A stretch of DNA of 64,000 bases from Microthyrium microscopicum (Eukaryota), in assembly GCA_010405405.1 (NCBI GenBank), contig MU004232.1, forward strand, positions 1,383,481 to 1,447,480, read 5' to 3'. Every line of letters starts with the position of its first letter. Position 1 is the stretch's first letter. The notes below the pieces were generated by a model, which saw only the letters and a program-made list of their open reading frames with translations, ran no database searches and was not told the origin of the DNA. A program made the position numbers and the translations under genes. Below are positions 1 to 14,042 of the stretch, piece by piece.

Positions 1-3000
1 CAACGCCGGGATAGATCGTATGGATAATCGTGATAAAGCCGGTGGGTCCAAGGTTTGGTGAGATAGTAAACAAACAGCTGTCGTCAAAGAAACAATCTAT
101 ACACAGTGGATTCGAAAGGAATCGAAGCTGAAGGATAGAAAAGAGGAGGCTAGAGAGTGCTCTGATCGTTCATGTAACAGATTAAGATTCCGTATACCGT
201 AAGCTCGCGGGTAAAAGCACCCTAGTGGAGTAGCAGAAAGAATTGGTGGGGAAAAGAAAAGTGTCGTAGGGTGGACGACGGCCGGTAGTTGAGTTGGAAT
301 AGTTCGTGAACGCTGAAAGAGAGTCGTAAGGCGTGGGAAAGGGTCGTGGCAATGGTAGGCGAGCAAAAGACAAAGAGTTGGAGACGAATGACCGCTGGAA
401 CTTGGAAAATGGACAGTGAACAAAGACAAAGTAGCTGATTGAGTGAGGTCAGACTACATCAAATGAGCTTGTAGTGATGTAGTGGCAGGTGACAGCTTTT
501 GAAGGATGTCTGGTTTGAGGCTATGGCATTCGAGGGCAAATGACGCAAGAACAGGCAGCAGAGTAGTGCTTAAGAGCAAGACTGTATTCTGAAGCTGTTG
601 GCCGGGTTGAATGGAGTATTCGAAGCTCAATTGATGAGAGGCACAAGGAGCAGCAAATCGAGGATTAGCTGATGTAGGAGTAGTGGAAATAGGCTGGCGG
701 ATAGTAGGTGGACTGATGATGAATGGTGGAGGATAGGCGGCAGCGGAGGAGAAGAGTTGAGGGAGGACGTGGAGTGGATCAAGCCTGCCTTGCTGTGCTC
801 AAGAATTGAAAGTTGAGGGACTGATTGCTCTGGTAACAGCGAGAGGGTGAGTGAGGAATGTTGAGTCGTAGGCTTGGTAAGAAAGCTGGACTGATTGGGG
901 AAGGGAACGTGAGAGAGCAACAATGACAACAACAAGGACACAGCAACAAAGAGCGAGAAGTATGGGGGGTGAGTGAGAAAGGTTGAAGGCGTGTATGTAT
1001 TATAGGAACATGACAAGTGTAGGCGGTGAAGAGTATGAAGCAAAAGTACAGAGTAGGAAGGTTGGGGATGTATGGATGATATGAACTAGTAAAGCAGAGT
1101 AGATGCAGGTGGGAGCGAAGGTGGTGGAGTAAGTAGTCGGGATTGGGGCCTTTGGGGGGGAACAGATGGGAAAGAATGGAGGGATAGGATGACAAGAGAC
1201 GAAAGCAAGAGCAAGGTCATTATTCAGAGCCTGGTCCAAGCGTCGAAAGCAGCAGAAAGATCTGGCAGCTCTCAGCAGGTTCAACAACAATAATGAACAG
1301 CAGCAGCAGAAGCAGCAGACACAGTCCACACCACCCACAAGGCAGCGGAGAAGAAGGCCCAGACGCCAAAAGAGCCACCCTAGCCAATTCTCTTCTGCAG
1401 GGCCACTAGTCTTTCATTGCCTCTTATTATTGCTCATGTATGACCCCCCTCCAGTACACTTGAATCCTGGCAGTAAAGCCCAGTAAAGCCCAGCTTGAAC
1501 CTGGCAAACCTAGCACCAAATCCTGGCACAAGACTCTTTCGAAGCACCTGCCCCCCCAAGCGCTTGCCCCAGCACTTCCCAGTCTTTCCAAAGATTGAAA
1601 GGTCAAAACAAGCTTGAGCAAGCAGGCCCAGCAGCAGCGGCACAAAGCAGCAAAGATCTCACCCAAAGAGCCTGCCAGACCTATGTCTCAAACAAGCTAG
1701 CCTCCTCATTAGCGTTGGCGCCAGTGGGGCTGCGCTTTCCTCTTGCTGGGTGCTGCAAAGTGCTCCTCCCCTGTCTTCCTTTGCCCAAACTCATGCAGCC
1801 ACCCAGGCTTGCCCTGGTCCTCCCAAATCCAGTAAGCTGTCCATTGTCCCACGTGTGCCAATCAGATGCATCTTCTGCTCTGACATGCCCGTAAGTTTAC
1901 ACGTAGCCCATTCGTTCGCTTCCTACTCTAGACTAGTCTGCCGCTGTCGTAAGCTGTTTAATGTTTTTGTTTACACAGCCAAAGCAGGACGCGGCAGAAG
2001 ACAAGCCCAAAACCAAAAGAACCTTGGAAATTCTTTGGCACTGCTTGCTGCACCTTGCAGTCTTGCAGAACTGGAAACTCCTCCAAGGGTCAAGTTCGTT
2101 GGTGGTGCCGGTGGCAATCTTCCTGAATTGCACACTCGCTGGATCGTCTGCGGGCAACATTGGTGCTTGCTTTGCTGCACGCTGCACTGCTGGTGCAATT
2201 CTAATTATCTTGACGGGCTTTTGACGGGCTTCCAAGTCTCATCCACCACTCAATGTCTAGGCCATCTGGCCTTCTTGGTCCATTGACATAAATCAAAGTC
2301 TATCTCAGCTCTACAACCTTGCTCAATCCAATTTTGGACACGCTGCTTTAACTTTACTGAATACAGGCTCAGCGCTACCTCGTCCAATTTGCTCCCACCT
2401 ACGTCGTGCGTAAAAGAGTAGGCGGTGAACTGCACAGTCCTCCCTCCTCTGTTCATAATTAGCAACCTTCAGTCTTCATCAAACCACACAAAAAAACGCC
2501 CGGTCCTGCTTTGATTGGTTAAGCAGCCAAGATTTCTTGTTGCGGTTGATGTGGCCCTAGCCGCTGAGAAAAAAGCACCGACACTCCCCTTGTCTCGAGA
2601 AAGCTAGACCAAAAACTGAAAAGATTAGCAAAGAACGGTTTCGTCTTCCCGCTGTTCAATGCCCGCCGTCTGATCCGAGCTTTTCTTGACACATTATCCT
2701 CTTTGATGCTTAAGGGTACCACGTATGCAAAACTCGACATGTACAGTCAATGTACCTCTTATTTCCCTTCCCTTCTGTTGTGATTGTTTATAAGTTTGTT
2801 GTCCTACTAAATAAACCTCTAATCGGCCTATGTTGCTAATATAAACAATGACTTGCGTACCAAGACGTCGCATCTTTCTGCAATTCAAGAAATTACCAAG
2901 CGGCATCTCCGGCTTGTGGCAACAATCATGTGTACTTGGTAAACTTCAGCTTGCGTAAAATTACCGCGCCTCGTGCTTATATGGCGGATAATGGCGCCAT

Positions 3001-6000
3001 ACTATTCATCCTTTGACAAGCGGCTTGCTTCGTCATCCCCATGCTTTTGCCGTAGTTTCTACCACGAAGTTGCAAAGTGTGGCATCAATTTCTGGGGCTC
3101 TTTACCGAGACGTGGAGTCTGGCCACATCACAACTCCTGACCGATAACTACGACGAACCAGACTTGATGAGGATTATCACAATACTCTCAAGCTTTTGAC
3201 TTTGTATAGATTGTTCAGTGGGCGAAATCGGAAGGTCAAAGATTTCGAGTCAACCCTCTTGTCCTTTGCCATGTGTTTCCAGTCCCAGCCGGGAAATTGC
3301 AGTTATTCTAATCGTAAATAACCTCTTCACGTGACTATCACAAGCAACCCAAATAGGAAGCTATATCCTCGCGCTTTCTACAACTTCCTAAGAATACATT
3401 TACTATCAGTCATCTGTTCCAAGCCATTCTACTCCCTTGATATTGCTCAGAGAATGGTTTCATTTGAACACATGTCTTATTCTGTGTGACTCACAAAAGC
3501 ACCAGCCATCATCAAAAGAATATGGTATTCATCAACAAAGAATTGCAACCCATACACGTACACGTGGAACCCAGCCGTTGACATATTTTCAGCAAGGAGG
3601 TACATCTGGAGTTCAAAGCAGGTACACAACAGTACATGAAAAGCTCGTTACACACCTCTTCTTTCACCAACATTCCCTATACACACACCCATGGTGAAAC
3701 TCCCTTCTTAGGAAGATCCTTATATTACTCTACTGCCTTGTAGTGGCGAGATCGGAAATTGAATTATATGCCCATCATGACGTGACAGGATTTTTTATTT
3801 TATCGTGAACCATAGCGATATCTGGCCTCTTGTCTATAATTGCATCCAAGTATTGCGCACAAGCAAACTTGTTGAGGCATTGCTATCTTGCCCAAGCCCT
3901 GCGGTAATAGCACGTTCATAATAGCACATCTTATTATCAGAGGCCAAGCGTCCCAGGCAACTGCCAAAATACTCGAAACATTTCCGCACCGTCATGGAAA
4001 TGAAAGCATGATGTTGCTCTGTATTAGGCTGCCATATTCTCGTGAAGCAAGCCAATTTCCTCGGCAACTCTTACTGTGACTTTCAAGGCACGTTGCAGTA
4101 ACATATACCTCATAATTGCCAGCGACGATACTCATCCACCCTGAAACACCCTTCTCCCCCAGCAGGCCCTCAATATGCGGATCCCGCTTCCCCAACAGCC
4201 GTTTGAAGACCTTCCCAGTTCGCTGGGCCGTTAGAGTGTTAAGATGAGCATGATATTGGGCCCTTGCGGGTAGTGGTTAATTTGCACCATACTCTTGAGT
4301 CTTGGTCCATAACAGTACAATTTTCCTTATCGCGGTTTTCGCGCGTGAAAGATTCTGGAGACTGGGGGGCCTGTCTGTTTGATATCAATCGCTGCTATCT
4401 TTGCACGTTTTGCACGCTTTGCTCGTCACCGCTACATGCTATTGCAACCTTCATGAACTCAAGTATCGCATGGGTTTATCAGAGGTAAATATGTGCGTTC
4501 CATTCGAAAAATTAAAAATATCTAGGTGTGAATTGTTAGTGCTATGCAGGTGTTCTCACAACCTGCAGCAGCGCAAAAACGGACAGCGGGCTACGGGCCG
4601 CCCTTTCTAACACTCATCACATCCAATCGTATTTCAAGATGGCTGGCGTGTCACCTCTGGGCACTTTCAACACGCACATCCATTTATCAAAGAAAAAATT
4701 CTCGTTGGCTGGTCAAGTTGCGCAAGGCGAAACTGTCATCGGTGGTTGGCGCGTTATATCTTTTGCCTTGCAGGGCCTGGAATTCCTACAAATTGGCGGT
4801 CAGAAGGCGGTGAGCGCGCTGTTCAATTTCACGTCTCGCATTACTGGTCGCGCGTTCAATGAAGAAAATTTTCTGCGTTCGTTTGAGATGGGTGTTTCGC
4901 GGCGTGGGATGGATAAACACCCTGCCTCTTTTGGGAATTTTTGATTGTGGGCGATGGATGGATTGGTGTGGGAGGGGGCGATGGGTTTTGTCCCAAGAGA
5001 GAGGTTATCGTTGTGAGCCGTTGCTTCAGTTTGAGAGGTGATTTTATATTGGCGGTGTGAGCTCAGCGTTGCGTTCATGGTGAGCTTTGGGATGGGATTG
5101 AGCATACCATCATTACCATGCCACACTCTTCCGTGGAGGGATGTGTTTAGAGGGGCCTTGTGTTGATTGTTATGCTTGGGATAGTATTTGTTGGGGAAAA
5201 GAGGAGATGTCCCAATTGCCCAGCAGCGGGGGTTGGTTGATATCTCTCAGTGAGTTAAGGTCATGGTAGCGAAAGTGTTCATACTCGCCATACACACTGG
5301 CGTTTTGCGTTCGGTAGGTTTCATCTAATTTTCGAAAATCCTACATCATACCAGACGATCGCATGAAATATTCCCAGAGGGACATCATTCTCCACCCTCG
5401 TCCTTCCAGAATATTCGCCACTGAAACTTTTTTGATATCAGACATGAGCTATATGGTGTTATGGCATGTAAATCCTATGTAGGAGCCGCTATACCATGAA
5501 AGCATACGACTGCCGCTGCAGCTTCTTCCTGGATGTATATCAGACTTGATATGCTTCCAAGACCAATTGGCAGTCCAGAAATAGGCTGGCAATTGACCAG
5601 CGTTAGTTGGGGCCGTGGGTTGAGTTTGAGATTCTGCAGTACGTTGCGGATAGACCATCTGCAAGGTAAGATTGTTTGGTACGCTATCTATATTCCCATC
5701 CCATTCCCGCTGTGTAGAATAGCTTACCACGACTTCATCCGACAGCCCTACGGCATACCTGAAGAGGGGAACCGTGTGTATTCGTATTCATATTCCTTAA
5801 AAGAATGGATTATGATGTCAAGTGGTTTTAAGACTTATGAAGCCGCAACAGCTTACATGTGAGGGCTTTGATAAGAGGCTTGTTTGGATAGAGTGGTTGC
5901 TATAATTGTGGTATAATAAAAATATTCTATCGTGAGTTTAATATCCATCCCGTTCCTTAGAACCATTGATCGGATATTTCGTAATGGAGAGGTTAAATCT

Positions 6001-7735
6001 AACATGCTTTAGAATGGACAATATAGAGGTCATGTCCACGGAATACTATGTAGTAACAAACTCTGATTTCAATGCTTGGAATCATATTCCCTCATAATCC
6101 CTCGTGATTCGTGAAGCCCGGCTTAATACGAGGAATATAGATGTATATTTGAACTATCTCCTCTATCATTGATACATAATGAAGGTGCTTATGATATATC
6201 AAGAACTATATCATGATCGTTCATATCATCGAGGAATCTATCTTGCGTTTGAGCTGGGTGTACGATAGAATTCAATATATGTCAAGTTTCAAAATTTGGG
6301 GTCGTAAGTTCAACTCGCTTTTGAGGTAGTCTTTCTATCAAAATCGCTTACAAAAGTGACCTCAAGACGTGGTACCACAGCTTGCTCAGATGGCGTTACT
6401 CGCTCCTTCTCTGAGCAACTCCGTTGTCGGCTCTATGTTTTTACAACTTCATGCCCAGTTGTTTCAATCTATCGTCTTCACTGGCCAATATCGACCGATC
6501 CAACTCCTAATCAATCTCTTGTTGCGAAGGATTGCAAACTCTAAACTTCATCGACGTTGTGTTACCCCACACCAGCCTTGGTGAACGACCCACCATCATG
6601 CCACCCATTGATGGCATCACACACGTCCTCTTGGACATTGGTACGTTTTGAATTCTTCCTTTTCTTTCCAAGCAAACTCTTTACCACCGTTCCCCTGGTC
6701 TGTCTTACAATGGCGCTTCTTCAATTCCTGGTACATCCAACCCCGGACCGCACTTCACCTTCTCCACCAAAGAGTACTTTCAAGATCCAAACAACCCCTC
6801 CATCATCCAACGCAACTTGCACATCTCACTTTACTCCTGGGGGCTCAGCAAGCCCATTACAGGAGACGAAGCAAAAAGATCCCTCGGCAATATGCAACTG
6901 TTGACGATAGACCCCTGGCTGCAAGCGCCCTTTTTTAGCTTTCGCAGACTACCAGACGGGAAATGGGTACGACAGTCCTCGTGAGCACTTCGTGCAGCCT
7001 CGATCTCTCACTTGCCATTAGTCCAAAGCTGCACCCCGGATTTTCGTGCCCGAAATCCAAGCACACTCCCTTTCCCGTCACACAAATCTGGGGAGAAGAT
7101 GGCAAAAGGACCCAAGTCTATGAAATCCAGGCTCTCCCCTCCAAGCTTGCCAACACCCGCAGCAATGCACTTGGTGTATCTATCCGTTGCTGGTGTGGAC
7201 CCATAGCCCCTGAAATTATCCTTCCACTCGTCCAGCAAGAAACTTTCTTTATCGCTGTGTCACTCGGGCCTGACGAAATGTGCAACGCTCAATGGGGACA
7301 CGCGTGGATCGCGATGCTGCAACAGGCCGCGGCAATTATCTGATTCGGTTGTTGGGAGGCCAGCGACTCCCGAATGGTCACTCAGAACTTGTCGCGTTCT
7401 GCGGGACGATCACCAGAACAAGGTCATTGCATGGCATATCGTCTTGATCGCAAAACATGCTGCCAAATTCTTGTTCTTCGTCGTCAAGACTCAAGAGACT
7501 ACTTTTGCGACGTCGGGAGATTGACCTTTGCTGCGTTGCACTGCCGGCCCTCAGTGGCGTTCATCACGCGGGGAGGTTTGCAACGTCTGGTCATGAAACG
7601 AGCTCGAGTTTACCAACAACGTGTATGTGGTTCGCCGGTTTTTACTTTTACCGTTTGTCTCTATTTCGGTTATCGGCTAGAGTTAACTGTTTAAGGTTTG
7701 AGGCTGGCTCCAAATCGTTGCTGGAGCTACTTTTG

Positions 7736-9057
7736 ATAACTGTACTATTTGATATCGTGACGCCTACACTAAGAAGAACACATGGCTAACTACTTGACTC
7801 GGGGTGTGTAGAAGGAACGATATGTCCAATTTCGTTTGTCAAAGAAGTCATGGTAAGCTATGATTGGCACCGTTTTTGATATGCTGTTGCGCTGCCGAGT
7901 ATTCCTGCTGGACCACGCCTATCCGTGCCGCTGGGCTCCAATGTCTTTGAATCCCAGAATTCCTTGGGCTGCCTGCAACTGGTTATGTTCTTGAAAGCTA
8001 CCCATGCCATAAGATTTGCCATCATGATCAACCATATCTGCTCAATTGGGCGCGTAAGCCGGCCACGCGATGCTGCAAAGACCACGAAACCAGGTATCGT
8101 GAGCATTGTATATGCAAGACTCGGAGCATCACTGCCATCTCTAGGACCGTAAGGTACATAGTCTTGCCATTAAGCGCAGACTAGACCTGCAGTGAATCTC
8201 AACTACCACTCGTCCTACCAACCAACACATCCATCTAGACCCCCATTCTCAATGCTCTCCAATGCCCCATAATCTCCTGTAGCACCAACCAACCCCCTTC
8301 TCGTGTCTCCCCAACCAAACATCACACCCCGCAAGAAAGACTAATTCGCCCCTTCACAGTACCCATCCGCACTGTCCACCCTGCAAGATATCCTCGCCGC
8401 CAACACGGCGTCCTTCCCCCCGCCTGCCCTCGCACCCTACCTGCCCGCCTTCCCTGCAGACGCAGCCAGCTCCGCGCCAGCGCTGGAAACGCACATTGCC
8501 CAGCTGACGGCTTCCGACAGCAAGGTACCTGCCCTCAAAGCGCTGCAGGGCTATCTGTGGCGCACGGGTTTCGCAAATGGAAGTCTAAGGGCGCCGCTCT
8601 ATCCGGATGTGGCGCCGCATTTGAGGTCGTGGGTGGAGGGGGGTCGCAAGTTGGCAGTGTTCAGCTCGGGGAGTGTGACTGCGCAGAAGCTGTTTTTGAC
8701 GTATACGGGTGTGGAGGGACAGGAGGGCGGGGATGTGGTGGACTTGACGGGGTTGTTTGGGGCGCTTTTTGATACGATGAATGCTGGGCCGAAGGGCGAG
8801 GGGGATAGTTATGTGAGGATTGCGAAGGAGTTGGGTGTGCTGGAGCGACAGGTGTTGTTTCTGAGTGATAATGTTACTGGTAAGTTGGCGTCTTGAGATA
8901 TGTTGATTGATGCTGATATGGTTTAGAGGTTCGAGCTGCTATATCGACGGGAATGAAGTCTCTTGTTGTTAGTAGGCCAGGCAATGCCCCATTGTCAAAG
9001 GAGGATGAGGCAGAATTTACCATCATCACCACGCTTGATGCTGTTTCTCTTGAGTAG
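7736..9057 (+). CDS. UTR4: Enolase-phosphatase E1 (HAD-family acireductone synthase, methionine salvage); 5' end unresolved
   Basis: Spliced translation ITVLFDI/EGTICPISFVKEVM/YPSAL...KALQGYLWRTGF...LYPDV...VFSSGSVTAQKLF...FDTMNAGPK...LFLSDNV/EVRAA...RPGNAPL matches the E1/MtnC motifs. Introns ~7757-7811, 7853-8359, 8880-8926; stop TAG 9055-9057. No ATG found and the first junction is off by one base. Confidence 0.85.
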
Positions 9058-9218
9058 AGCTGTGGATCTAAGCGTCTTGTTAATAGTAAAGAGAACGACG
9101 CATTGTGGATATAAACAATATCCTTCGATAAAAAGTCAATTGTATTTTCTAGCATGAAAATGCTAGAGGGGTATCATCCAAACCAATCTAATAACGCCGC
9201 GACCCAATTTTGCTCGCA

Positions 9219-10706
9219 CTACGATGCACCATCTAGAGCCATGGGATCTCCTGTCGTTTCTCCATTCGAAGCTGGAACTTGAGCTGGCGGTCCACTTTGG
9301 CAGCCTGGGCAGTTGTATAGAGTTTGATGACAAAACACATCACAGTCCACACAGAAATGGTGATGGCAACTAGGACATTCGTAGCGCGAGCTTTCACTCG
9401 ATCCCTCCAGCGTTCGATCTTTCGTCTTGCCTTGGCTGTTCGCTTGTCCATTCGTGGCGGCCTGATTGGTGTCCACATCCATTTTGTCTGCTCCATCATC
9501 CTCGGTTGGTATTCCAGGGAACTTTTTTAGACAACCTTTGCATTGCGTTGTACGCATCTCTCGCACTCTATCCCATGATACTTCGAGCCAGTTGCGCAGC
9601 GGGAAGAGATGATGATAAGACCGGGCCAAATGTGTTGACAGAATGAGCGTCAACTGGCAGGATGGACATGTTTGTGGCAAGGAACAAACTTTCGTCTTGC
9701 AGCGTGGACAGATATATCCACCTCGCGTAAGCTCGCCATGGCAAGCGCAGAGGCTAGGATGTTCTTCTTCCGTGCGCGAAGGAAAGCCCATGACCAGGAG
9801 ATTAGCAGCCGCATCCTCTTGTTCAGTAGCACGCATGGCAGGTGGTGAGGTAGATGCCATGAGAAGATCACGAAGGTCGACGTCGTCCGTTGCTACACCG
9901 TAACCAGATTCGTCACCGCCGTTGGTCCGCGAGACGATTTCAGTGCAGATTTTCATGCGGGCAAAGATGCCTATTATACTGACTCGAAGTTTGTCTTTGA
10001 CACATGAAGCGATTGTTTTGTGTATGTCACCAGGATCATTTGTGAGCAAAGCGCCCAAGATGATGAGTACTTCTCTGGTCCCGTGCTTGGGGGTGTGATA
10101 AAGCATGGCGCGACTCATTTCCAACGCATTCTGAAGCGAGGGACTGCCTTTCGGCTCTTTGGGTAACTCGTCCTTGCCGTCTCCATCTCGAAGCTTTTGT
10201 ATCGCATTGATATGGTCATTCGGATTGCCAGAGAGTTCGCTTAGCTGGATGCATCGTCCATCGTACATCATGAGTACAGTAATCTGCGATATAGGGTTCT
10301 GTTCAAAGAATTCCAGAATGTACTCCTCCAAATACCGCAGCATGACTCTATAGCGATTAGGCCGCATGTCTTTCTCCAGCATCATCTCACTGACATCAAG
10401 CACAAGCACCATGTGTCGAATGATACCTCTCTGAAATGGCTTTGTATCCTTGCGTATGCGCGCTCTTTTTTGTGCCTCTGCTCGTCGCGATATGTTTTCA
10501 GCCAATCTGCTGTCATCTGCAACCACGTTTGGCTCATTGTTTGTATCACGGAGTGCGCGTTCCCAACGTGCTCGAGTGCCAGGCTTGCTTGTGGCGTTTC
10601 GACCTGATCCTTTCTGTCGTTGTGCGCGTCCAGAGCCACCAACATTGAGATTGTGGTCATCTCCAGAGGAATGATCCTCGATATATTCATTATCTGAGTC
10701 CGACAT
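9219..10706 (-). CDS. SSL1: TFIIH p44 subunit (vWA domain plus C-terminal zinc fingers)
   Basis: 495-aa single-exon ORF with RGIIRHMVLVLD, EFFEQNPISQ, PSLQNALE, CACH..GYICPRC..CPSC.LTLILSTHLARSYHHLFPL and C-terminal YECPSC..FCVDCDVFCH..LYNCPGC. Confidence 0.97.
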   Translation of the reverse strand: MSDSDNEYIEDHSSGDDHNLNVGGSGRAQRQKGSGRNATSKPGTRARWERALRDTNNEPNVVADDSRLAENISRRAEAQKRARIRKDTKPFQRGIIRHMVLVLDVSEMMLEKDMRPNRYRVMLRYLEEYILEFFEQNPISQITVLMMYDGRCIQLSELSGNPNDHINAIQKLRDGDGKDELPKEPKGSPSLQNALEMSRAMLYHTPKHGTREVLIILGALLTNDPGDIHKTIASCVKDKLRVSIIGIFARMKICTEIVSRTNGGDESGYGVATDDVDLRDLLMASTSPPAMRATEQEDAAANLLVMGFPSRTEEEHPSLCACHGELTRGGYICPRCKTKVCSLPQTCPSCQLTLILSTHLARSYHHLFPLRNWLEVSWDRVREMRTTQCKGCLKKFPGIPTEDDGADKMDVDTNQAATNGQANSQGKTKDRTLEGSSESSRYECPSCHHHFCVDCDVFCHQTLYNCPGCQSGPPAQVPASNGETTGDPMALDGAS

Positions 10707-11209
10707 GATAATAAGAAAGCCGCGAGGGAGGTAAGAACTGGCTCGAAGGAAGTGGATGGATTCGAGGTTTTGGCCACCAAGGGAGCGGAAACGTCGTTAA
10801 TTAAGCCGCGCCCATTTATTATGCAGTCGCACTAAGCCGCCTAAAACTTTCCGCAATAAGCTGGCCCAAACAAGTAGGTGAAATGAAGGTTGTGAAGATT
10901 GCAGGTTGGTCACATAAAGGTTTATGAGGTCGCGGTTCACGCGTGGAGACTCTAGACCAATCCGGGTTAGCTCAAAATCAGCCTTGCTCTCAGCCTTGTC
11001 GCACTTGATGACGATGCTTCACGGCCTATGTCATTATTGAACGTAATATAAATAGCAATTACATGTGTTATTGACTAGTTCAACAGGTCAATCTTGATGA
11101 TAGGGATAAATCAAAGTCTCGAACACCATATCCGCGGCATGAACAATTCGTCATGAATTAGGTTGTCAAACTCCACCAAATTGCCACATTTCTGCCATAA
11201 GTATCTTCT

Positions 11210-13105
11210 TCATAGAATTGAATCTGCACTTGTAGCCCAAGTGCGGTGAGGACGTCTCAGTAGCGACAGCTCCATACTTTCATCGCCGTCTTGCGGATCA
11301 TTTTCGTCTCGGAAGGTGCTATTTCCATCATCCATGCCATGGTCTGTAACACTAACGTTGTGATATAGGGACTCTTCCTCAGTATGTGCTTTAGGGTATG
11401 TCTGCACCCGGCGAGCAGGCTCATACGGACTACTCGACCTCGCATTGGTTCCCGGTGGATATTTTGAATCCCTCGTATTTTTCCTGAGAGTACCTGCTCG
11501 TCGAATATCTGGTTGAGCTTTCATAGGAGTGATGATGTTACCTAAATAGTCGTTAGCTGGTTTCACCAGTTCGCGGTAAGTAGCGACACATATGTCAGAA
11601 TCAGACTTGGCTAGCTTGCAAAAGTTGATCATCGTAAAGAGAAACCGGGTAAACTCACTGATAGCATAGTATCCGCATCGAAAAATGAGTGGAGCCCAGG
11701 TAGTCACCGCGACAATTTGACCAATACCCCAAGTATCAAAGTCGATGGAACCCATTTTCGCGATTCGTACAAGTGAGTAAAGGCAGATACCTAATACTGT
11801 AGCGAACCAAAGACAAAGAAGAGCAGAGACGATCCAAAAGATCTTGTAAAGGTCATATCTCCCAAATAGCACTTTGCTGATCGGCTCAAGACGCCGGCGG
11901 AGAGGCATGCCAAAATTTACCAAGAGATTGATGATTAGGAATATTTCTGCGCTGAAGTACGTGAATAGTAGCGTGGTTGTTAAGCCACCTTCTAGTACTT
12001 TGCTCTCTGGGAGTGGCTGAAGGAGGTCAGCTCCACAGAATATACTTGGAGGAGGATTGTTGCCACAAGCTGGGCGAATTGAAGAGGAAGATAGCCTTGG
12101 CTTGGATGGGAGACCATGATCGTTGCCTGTAGTCGAGAAGATACCCAAAGCCATGGAAACCAAAATGGAGAGAAGTGATAATATTGTATGGTAGGTAGAC
12201 AATGTGTCGCAATTCGCTATCATTCCAGCGACAAATGTTACCACAGTTGACCCAACCACACTAATAGTTTGCAGGAATTGGTGGTTTGCTTGTGCCTGGA
12301 GTCCATTTGTTGATCCCAGTAGTTGTCCTTTGTTCGCACAAGCAGCTATGGCGACTAATTGAGTGATGATAACGAAGAAACACTGGCCCTCTTGGAAGTC
12401 GCGCAATATAGACTTGAGGGTGTCTACCTCTCGTACAGTAACGGAGCACTCTTTTGACACTTTGGTTCCTTGTTTTATCCATCTAAAGACTTCGTACTTC
12501 AAGAGAAGCAACGCAACGCAGAAGAAAAGCGCCAGGCCAAGCTGAACAATGTAAGACACGAAAATCTAGCACGTCACAATTAGTAAAGCTCATGATACTA
12601 TCTTTTTCAGGAGGATGAGACGAACACCAGAGCCACCAAGGTCAGCATTCACAATTTTGTTAACCTCGCATGCACCAGATGAAGAAAACTGTTCTGTGAG
12701 TCCAGTGAAGCGAATGAGGCTTGGAAACAACTCTGATTTTTGAACGACTGCAGCCTGAGACAATTCAATCCTGGGAGCTGCGCCATTTTTCAGACAACCC
12801 TCAAGCGTGGAATCTGGAGAATGACAATAGTCGCTCATGCAATTGTTGATGAGATTGATCATACTAGAGAAAGAATTGCTGAAAGATTGGGAACGAAGCA
12901 AAGCTGCAACCGAATCGCCGCTAGGAGCATAAAACGTTATACATCCGAGGAAAGTACTGTTGGAGGAAAAAAGACGGTGTGGATCGGTACAAATCTCTGT
13001 ACAATTCGTATAGATGGTTCCACCTCCAAGGTCCAAGCCGTTGGCAGTATTGTAACAATATGTTGTCGGGGCAGTAGATACATTGAACCAGCTGCTGGTT
13101 GACAT
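11210..13105 (-). CDS. Uncharacterised fungal multi-pass membrane protein with Cys-rich N-terminal domain and polar C-terminal tail
   Basis: ORFs 12590-13105 and 11210-12559 join in frame via intron 12566-12625 (GTTCGT..CTAG), giving NADLGGSG/IFVSY. Probable second in-frame intron 11542-11658. Several hydrophobic segments and a WGIGQIVAVTTWAP motif. Confidence 0.75.
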
Positions 13106-14042
13106 GTTAACTACTTGGTATGCCGGTTTTTCTTCTTCAAATATGACGAAAGAGAATCATGTAAGATTGCTCCAGAGTGGAAATTTGGAATCAGACGACA
13201 TACCGAGATCAGATCCAGCAATGTTGAGAATTTATAGTATCACAGTAGGCTGATCTGTTTCAATTCCTGACTGTGAACCAGATGTAACATGCTGCATATG
13301 AATACGGGCACACCAATCAGTCCCTCATATGCTCTAGCTCTTGTTGGTTCCATTCAGAGCCCGGAGTGGTAACACTGCGGATCTGTGCCAAATGAGAGTT
13401 TTCAAGTCAACTTCTTTTCATGCCATACAAAGCGAGATGAGTGTGAAGCTATTATCTTGGCTAGCGAAGTTGGTATATCGACTTAAGACTGACCTATCTT
13501 TCAACTTGCTCACAAACACTGACGGGTAGTAAATGTATTGGAAAACACCATGATAGAGCATTGGGCATGAGCTTCATCAGGCTGAGATTCATTTTACCTT
13601 TTCCGTCTACACTGTCGCATATAGTAATATATGTAAGAGATTGATGCATCAAGCCGCCACCGTCGGAGTGATTGAATTGATTGGCGGTAGGCAAAATATT
13701 ATGCAAGGCGAACTTGTAAAGGTGCTTGAGCTGAACAAAAAAATGTAACGCCTCAGCCTACCGCAACGCCAAACAGAGTATACAGTAGTAAGCAGTAAGA
13801 GCCTCAATTCTACAGCCTATCTGGCACACGGATAGTTCGTCTCAGTCGGCTTGGTGTGTGCACTTCGAAATAGTACTAGAGAAAAGAAAGACATCAGTCT
13901 TTATGACTTGCGCTTTGGGTTAAGAGATTTTTTCTTCCAAGGTTTTCAAGCGAACAATTCTAAGTAAAAGTAGGTATTTGATCTGATCTTGTCTTCAAGC
14001 CCAACGTCCTCCACGTCGAGAACAGCTTGGCAGTAATCCCAA

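Noticed and set aside
6356..7343. Cluster of short plus-strand ORFs
   Set aside because: Could not be joined into a coherent spliced gene and show no known motifs.
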